DNA of 55,498 nt from NCBI RefSeq assembly GCF_001194135.2, contig NC_068986.1, positions 109,348,805 through 109,404,302 on the forward strand, read 5' to 3'. The stretch is from Octopus bimaculoides. Lineage: Eukaryota. Every line of letters begins with the position of its first letter. Position 1 is the stretch's first letter. Below, one piece after another: positions 49,021 through 55,498 of the stretch. The notes under the pieces are model-generated. The model worked only from the letters and a program-made list of their open reading frames with translations, did no database searches and had not been told where the DNA came from. Position numbers and translations under genes: made by a program.

Positions 49021-49526
49021 CATGTTTGGTCTCAGTAACTTTCTGGTTAACTATGTGTTTTGGAACCACTGATAGATTGAGTGAGCTATGTTTACTACAT
49101 GTAACACTTTTGTTAACTATGTTCACTGCGTGTACACTAGGTCTTCTTAGTAACATTCTGGTTTATTGTTGAGGTGCATTCATTGCCAGAATAAAGACTG
49201 GAAGTGGTTAGTTCTTGTCTTTGCATCCCACAATCTCAATGTGAAACACAGTATATGTAGAGAGCATGGAGAGGAAAGCCTTTCTGATAAATGTGTTACA
49301 AGTTGAGATCAAAAGACAGCTTTTTCTGAGAAATGAACAATTCATCACACGATCAACTGTCAAATGATTTGTTACAATAATTTTAGTTGGAAAACACATT
49401 TCCTTTCTTGAAATCTATTTCTGTCTCTCTTATCATCTGACAGCAAATATAGGAAATTGAACAAATGCTTTTAAACAATTAACGTTTATTGATTTCAGTC
49501 AGAAGCACAAGGCAAGGGTGTGTTAA

Positions 49527-49757
49527 CCCTTTTGATACCAACCCAACCCAACTGAAACCAGCTCTGGCTCAGTAATACAAATGTCTTGTTTTCATAAATT
49601 TTGAATTAAAATCTTCCACCAATCCTTAGTCACAATTTATGTTCCTAACACTTGCTGAATGATATTTTACTAAGTTCTTTTACTAAATTCTTTGTTATAT
49701 TTAAAATTAATTGAAAGAAACACAGAGCATCTCAACAGAAATATGGTAATGAAAAGG
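49527..49757 (+). mobile_element. piggyBac-type MITE copy 1
   Basis: ttaa|cccttttg ... tgaaaagg|ttaa. Confidence 0.8.
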
Positions 49758-49788
49758 TTAAAATATATAATAGAGAAACAATTCTTAA

Positions 49789-50007
49789 CCCTTTCGATAC
49801 CAACCTGGCTGAAACTGGCTCTGAGTACAAATGTCTTGTTTTCATAAGTTTGGGATTAAAATCTTCCACCAAACAAACCTTAGTCACAATTTATGTTCCT
49901 AACACTAGCTTAATGATAACTAAGTTATTTTACTAAATTCTTTGTTATATTTTAAATTAATTGAAAGAAACACAGAGCATCTCAACAGAAATATGGTAAC
50001 AAAAGGG
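49789..50007 (+). mobile_element. piggyBac-type MITE copy 2
   Basis: ttaa|ccctttcg ... caaaaggg|ttaa. Confidence 0.85.
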
Positions 50008-50189
50008 TTAAGTGAGTAGGGGTGGGGTGCTGTTTATGTCTTACACAACAGCATTCATGATATAAGTGAACTGAAATAACAACAAAATAGTTCTGGACAG
50101 AGATCACTTCCTTAAACATTGTGTACCAAAACCTATTTACCTAAATGGCATCCATTTTCACCATTCAAAACTTGTAAGATGATCCTTAC

Positions 50190-50426
50190 CTGTTTCTCTC
50201 TGTTTGTGATAGCTGTTAATGCATTCTTGGTTGTGTGAAGTTCACTGGACAGGGAGTGAATTGTATTCTGAGATGATGTGCATTTATCTTTCTTGTCTTC
50301 TTCTTGGGATTTACATTTTACTTCAAGACAGGAGATTCTTTGAGCTTGTTTTAGTCGTATCTTTTTCAGTTCTTCCACCTCTTTAGCAAGTTCTTCCAAA
50401 TCTTTCTCCTGTTCTAAGGAATGAAC
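50190..50426 (-). CDS. CCDC170: CCDC170-like penultimate coding exon (VHSLEQEKDLEELAKEVEELKK...TAITNREKQ)
   Basis: Polypyrimidine tract + aag acceptor, gtaagg donor; 237 nt; ends REKQ as in the recalled vertebrate exon. Confidence 0.9.
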
Positions 50427-50512
50427 CTTTTAGGGAGAAAAGAGAAAAGGAAAACCAACAACTTCTGATCTAATATATATATTATATATGTATTCATTAA
50501 TAATGAATCATC

Positions 50513-50815
50513 CTCATCATCATCATCGTTTAACATCCGCTTTCCATGCTATCATGGGTTGGACGATTCGACTGAGGACTAGTGAACCAGGTGGTTACAC
50601 CAGGTGGTTACACCAGGCTCCAATCTGATTTGGCAGGATTTCTACAGCTGGATGCCCTTCCTAACGCCAACCACTCCGAGAGTGGCACGAAGGCCAGTCA
50701 GGTGGTACTGGCAATGGCCACGCTCAAAATGGTGTATTTTACGTGCCACCTGCACAGAAGCCAGTCCAGCGGCACTGGCAACGATCTCGCTTGAATGTCT
50801 TTTCATGTGCCACTG
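50513..50815 (-). mobile_element. Family A
   Basis: (CAT)n plus core, with a small internal duplication caccaggtggtta. Confidence 0.8.
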
Positions 50816-50983
50816 CATGTGTTCAATATATTTTGGATTGGGTTGGATTGTCCATGTACAATCTACTTCAGGATGAGGATCTCAGCATTCTCTTCCCATC
50901 AACCATAGTTTAATATGCAGGCCATGAATTTGAGTTTGAGATCATTCAGGATTAATAAGCTTACTCTGGCTTATCAAACCTGT

Positions 50984-51047
50984 CTCTGGCTTATCTACTC
51001 TGGCTTATCTACTCTGGCTTATCTACTCTGGCTTATCTACACTGGCT
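50984..51047. repeat. 14-bp tandem repeat ctctggcttatcta x4 plus partial
   Basis: Direct reading. Confidence 0.95.
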
Positions 51048-51463
51048 CAACATGGCTTGGTAGAGGGATGCAGTTTTTATATTCATACACAAGAGTTTAT
51101 TAATAATAAATATACATTTATTATTGATATGAAATGTTTAATAAATACCTTCTTTTATTCTTTTATTCTTTTACTTGTTTCAGTCATCTGACTGCGGCCA
51201 TGCTGGAGCACCACTTTTAGTCAAGCAAATTGATCCAAGGACTTATTCTTTGTAAGCCTAGTACTTATTCTATCAGTCTCTTTTGCCGAACCACTAATTC
51301 AATACCCTGCTTGCCTACTATCACCCTCAATGCCTTCACATATCTACTGCAACCCCTGCTATATTCCTTTGCTACAGTAACCTCATCCTCCCCACTCACC
51401 CAGCCCAAGCTTCTCTATCACCTCACCTATTCTCACCATGAGAAATAACTTTGCTTTTTTTAC

Positions 51464-51880
51464 CTTCAAATCACTGGATTCTAAGAGGCGAGCCTTCAAG
51501 TCAGTTTTTTCTGATATCGATTCCTTTAGTTGTGCTTTATATTTTTCAATGACTTTTTCCAATTTTCGTACTCTCATGCTCTCAGAATCCCTTTCTTTCT
51601 CTAAATCTGATCTGCCATGTAAAAGCTCTTCCAGGTTTGAAATCTTCTTTCTCAAGAGATCCAAATGTAAATCTTTACTTGTAAGTTGTTCCTTCAAAGC
51701 TTTCAGTTTCTTTTGTTGACCATAAACTTGAGTACTTCGTTCAGCCAAAGCAGTGGATTCTAGCTTCACCAGTTGTTCGGCTCGTGCCAAGATAGCATCG
51801 ATGGTCAAATCAAATCCTGTATCTTTAGTTATTGTATCCATTTTCATGATTTCAGAAAGTTCTTCAAGACATTTCATATA
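51464..51880 (-). CDS. CCDC170: CCDC170-like exon (YMKCLEELSEIMKMD...GFDLTIDAILARAEQLVKLES...KARLLESSDLK)
   Basis: Matches CCDC170 GFD...D..LAR.EQLV.LES and SKELH..LLR.KI as recalled; ttttatag/gtaaaa; 417 nt. Confidence 0.92.
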
Positions 51881-51982
51881 CTATAAAATCAAGACGAGAA
51901 ATGTTTTGGAATATTTTGTAAATTTCAACCAAAAAACAATTCTTAAGAAAGGAAAAAAATTTTTAAACTCCTTAATAATCAC

Positions 51983-52183
51983 CTTTTCTTTGCTTGTTTT
52001 ATAACTTGAACGAAGTATGTCCCCTGTAGCCAGTTCTTCTTCATTTTTATATAGCTTCTCTTCTAAATCAGCACATTTAATTTCAGTGAGTTTTAACTGT
52101 TTTATTGCCGTCTGATGAAGATCATGTTGGCTTTCTAATTGATCCAGAAGTTTCTTTATTTCTTTCTCACAGAAATTGATTTG
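51983..52183 (-). CDS. CCDC170: CCDC170-like exon (QINFCEKEIKKLLDQLESQHDLHQ...ELATGDILRSSYKTSKEK)
   Basis: tttttag acceptor, gtgatt donor; 201 nt, phase 0-0; resembles ELVSGGVLRDNL..EKQK as recalled; absent from the ORF track. Confidence 0.85.
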
Positions 52184-52436
52184 CTAAAAAAGTAACGGAA
52201 CAAACAAAATGACAGCTAAGAGTCTTTACAACATGATATACATGTTTGTCTATATGTGTGTGTGTGTGTAATTGTGTATTTAAGCAGCTGGCTTCCCAAC
52301 CACATAGTTGCAGGTTCAATCTCACAGCATGGCACCTTGGGTAAATGTCTTCTGCTGTAGCTCCAGGCTCACAAGTCTTGTGGGTTGGTTTGATAGACAG
52401 AAACTAAAAAGTCTATCGTGTGTGTGTGTGTGTATA

Positions 52437-52467
<31 letters not shown>

Positions 52468-52496
52468 CGTATAATATATGTGTGTGTGTGTGTGTT

Positions 52497-52775
52497 GGGC
52501 ATAAGAGGAATCAAATATAGCATGCAAGAGAGAAGATTACATTGGTTTGGACATGTGATGCATATGAATGAGGACAACTGCATAAAGAAGTGCTTGTCAC
52601 TGAAAGTGAATGGTACCCACGGAAGAGGGAGACCCAGGCAGACGTTGGATGAAGTGGTAAGGACTGATCTCAGGATGTTGGGTTCCATGGAGGAAATGAC
52701 CATGGACTGAGATGTCTGGCAATATGAAGTTCTTGAGAAGACCTGCCCACATTAGCGAAACTGAGTTCTAGAAGT
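52497..52775 (+). mobile_element. RTE LINE ORF 3' end
   Basis: GIRGIKYSMQERRLHWFGHVMHMNEDNCIKKC...GRGRPRQTLDEVV. Confidence 0.85.
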
Positions 52776-52879
52776 GCTGTGTGTCCCACCCATACTCAAT
52801 GAAAAAACTCCTCACACACTCTACTAAAAAGTGTTTGGTATATAAAGCAGATTTAACAAAATGGTTTCTATTTTAAATA

Positions 52880-53190
52880 CCAAGAAGCCAGCAATTTTGA
52901 GAGGAACCCTAGCTCTGTTCATATTAAAAATCATTTAAACGAAGAGAATCGTTTTATGTATCTGAGAAGTATTGTGTCTGCATCTGGAAGCAGAGAAGAA
53001 AACATCAGCAAAGTGTAAGAGAAGATGGTTAGGCCATATATTAAGAAAATTAGATGTTTTGCAAGACAAGCCTTAGATTGGAACCCAGAGAGAAAAGGAA
53101 GGCAGAATGTCCAAGGATCACACGGCAGAAATCAGCAGAAGAGGAATGAAAAATGGCATTGAATGACATGGGATCAAATGAAAATGGAAT
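52880..53190 (+). mobile_element. Decayed second RTE-type LINE fragment
   Basis: F.YL.SIVS..G and RQALDWNP motifs. Confidence 0.55.
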
Positions 53191-53284
53191 CATGGGAAAA
53201 AATATATTGGAAACTGCTGTTGAGAGCTAATATTCTTATATAGCATCTAAACATCATGATATGCGTGTGCATGTGTACATATAC

Positions 53285-53675
53285 CAGTACGAATAAAGAT
53301 AACATGTGTGTGTGTGTGTGTGTGTGCGTGTATGAGAGAGAGAGAGAAAGTGTGTGTGTGTGTGTGTGCATGTATGTATGTGTGTGTATGAGTGTGTGTG
53401 TGTGTGTGTTTGTGTAAGTATGTATGCATGCATGTATGTATATGGTTTTGTCTGTGTGTGTGTGTACGTGTGTGTATGTATGTATGTTTGTGTGTGTGTG
53501 TATGTATGTTTGTGTGTATGCACGTATGTATATATGTACGTACATAGGTATGTACATATGTATGTTTGTGTGTATGTCTATGTACGTATGTTTGAATGTA
53601 CATATGTATGCATGTGCATATATGTATGTATGTATGTATGCATACGTGTATGTACATACATACATATGTGTGTAT
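53285..53675. repeat. Compound (TG)/(TATG)n microsatellite
   Basis: Direct reading; source of the His/Thr-rich and Val/Cys-rich spurious ORFs. Confidence 0.95.
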
Positions 53676-53691
53676 ATAAATAACTCCTTAC

Positions 53692-54009
53692 ATTGCCATA
53701 CTCTTGGTTTTTAAACATCAGCTGCTGGCATCTTTGTTTGATGTCCTCATCAGTTGCCTGTACAACATTATAGTGGTCAGTGAGGATTGTAGCAATTTGT
53801 TCCCTCAATAATAACAGTTGAGATTGTGTGGTCTTCATGCTCTGTCCAGACTCTCTCACGTCACGGTTCATCAATGACATTTGGTTTTCTCGAAGTTTTA
53901 ACTCATTCTGGCAACTGTCCAGAGCTCTTTGACAACTCAACACTTGTTCCTTCAGATGGCTCACTTCTCTCTCTGCATTCTTTTTGATATCAAGGGCATT
54001 ATCACGTTC
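53692..54009 (-). CDS. CCDC170: CCDC170-like coiled-coil protein, internal exon (ERDNALDIKKNAEREVSHLKEQVL...NQEYGN)
   Basis: Open coiled-coil frame, donor gtaagg after 53692; acceptor taken as the nearest in-frame AG at 54010-54011, so the 5' boundary is less certain; upstream exons lie beyond the window. Confidence 0.8.
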
Positions 54010-54181
54010 CTTTTGAGGTCCCAGACAAAAACAAAATAGAAATACATTTATAAAAAAATAAGGAACATAATTTGAAGATAAACAGAACGGAATAATGATG
54101 ATAATGATAATAATAATAAATGGCTTAAATGCCTTCTAAACATCTTCCATGTTGCAATAATAATGATAATGATGATGATGA

Positions 54182-54346
54182 TAAGAAGAAGAAGAAGGAG
54201 AAGGAGAAGAAGAAGAAAAAGAAGAAGAAGAAGGAGAAGGAGAAGAAGAAGAAGAAGAAGGAGAAGAAGAAGAAGAAGAAGGAGAAGGAGAAGAAGAAGA
54301 AGAAGAAGAAGAAGAAGAAGAAGAAGAAGAAGAAGAAGAAGAAGAA
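54182..54346. repeat. (AAG/GAG)n purine tract
   Basis: About 165 bp of pure purine. Confidence 0.95.
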
Positions 54347-54349
54347 GGA

Positions 54350-54563
54350 TGCTTTCTACTGGAAGTACAAGGTCTCAAATTTTGGGGGAAGGGATTAAGT
54401 TGAATACATCGACCCCAGTACGCAACTGGTACTTAATTTATTGACCCCAAAAGGATGACAGGCCAAATCAACCTCGGAGGAATTTGAACTCACAACGTAC
54501 CGACAGGCAAAATACCATGAAGCATTTCGTCTGGCACACTAACAATTCTGCCAGCTCACCACC

Positions 54564-54612
<49 letters not shown>

Positions 54613-54831
54613 TTTTTTTTTTCCTACTCTAGTCACAAGGTCTGAAATTTTGGGGGAGAGGGCCACTCAATTAGATCGACCTCAGTATGCAACTGGTACT
54701 TAATTCATCAACCCCGAAAGGATGAAAGGCAAAGTTGACCTCAGTGGAATTTGAACTCAGAACGTAAAGACAGACGAAATACTGTCAAGCATTTCGCTCG
54801 GTGTGCTAACGATTCGGCCAGCTTGCCACCT

Positions 54832-54832
<1 letters not shown>
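54350..54832 (-). mobile_element. Two SINE family D copies separated by (AAT)n
   Basis: 54350-54565 and 54612-54832. Confidence 0.8.
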
Positions 54833-54865
<33 letters not shown>

Positions 54866-55243
54866 TAACAAAAAGCACAAGGTCTATAATCCAATTGTAT
54901 CAATCATCATAATTTGATTGGCATTGTATCTTAACAACCCAGGAAAGAAGAAATGCCAAGCTAATATCAGTGGGATTTGAACTCAAAACATAAAGAAGTG
55001 GAACAAATACCACAAGGCATTATAAGGATTCCACCAATCTTCTGCCTTTATTATTATCTAAAGAGACAAAGGATACAAATTTTTATTATTCGAGAAAGGA
55101 TGACAGTTAATGACCCCAGTATATGACAGATACATATTTTATTGATTCCACCCCCATAATGAAAGGTAAAGTTAGACTCAACTGAATTTGAACTCAGCAT
55201 GCAACTAAATACTGTTAGAAATATTTTTTCCAATGCTCTACAG

Positions 55244-55310
55244 CAGCGTTTCTCAACCAAGGTTCCCTGGATCCCTAGGGTTCTGCAAAAGGTTCCTAGG
55301 GGTTTCCGTG
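55244..55310 (+). mobile_element. hAT-type element left end
   Basis: cagcgtttctcaacc...ggttcc. Confidence 0.45.
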
Positions 55311-55466
55311 AGAAAGAGTGAGATAAGCTAATGCTAATTTCATGATTGTAATATTACTATGCATGCACAACATATTGGTTATTGTAATATTGGAATATAG
55401 ACATCATCCTATTTAACCTATTATGTTATCAAAAAAATATAACAACCATATATATATATATGTATG

Positions 55467-55498
<32 letters not shown>

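Noticed and set aside
54129-54444. Poly-Lys/Arg/Ser ORFs
   Set aside because: Translations of the (AAG)n tract

Overview
AT-rich, repeat-dense animal genomic scaffold with 5 N-gaps. The microsatellite load and SINE/LINE families look like octopus/cephalopod DNA; this is an inference, no database search was run. Two intron-rich genes lie on the minus strand. (1) TIMM50 (mitochondrial translocase subunit Tim50): 9 coding exons from ATG 39422 to 6154, 384 codons in frame with GT-AG boundaries, including 32-nt and 22-nt microexons; the last exon was not found and probably lies left of the window. (2) The last 5 coding exons of a CCDC170-like coiled-coil gene (54009 to stop at 48221), starting right of the window. 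Almost all other ORFs in the track are microsatellite or repeat noise. The rest is mostly transposon debris: about 30 3'-end fragments of an RTE-clade LINE with (GAT)n tails, at least 4 tRNA-headed SINE families, Tc1/mariner relics, TTAA piggyBac-type MITEs, hAT ends and a 437-bp foldback element with telomere-like repeats. Best lead: a non-coding tRNA-headed element ('family E', 6 loci) whose tail carries a minimal, dimer-type hammerhead ribozyme like those of Penelope-like elements. All six loci are inverted structures with one full and one ~30-nt-shorter end, and five have 10-12 bp target-site duplications. This suggests a ribozyme-bearing SINE-like parasite of Penelope-like retroelements.
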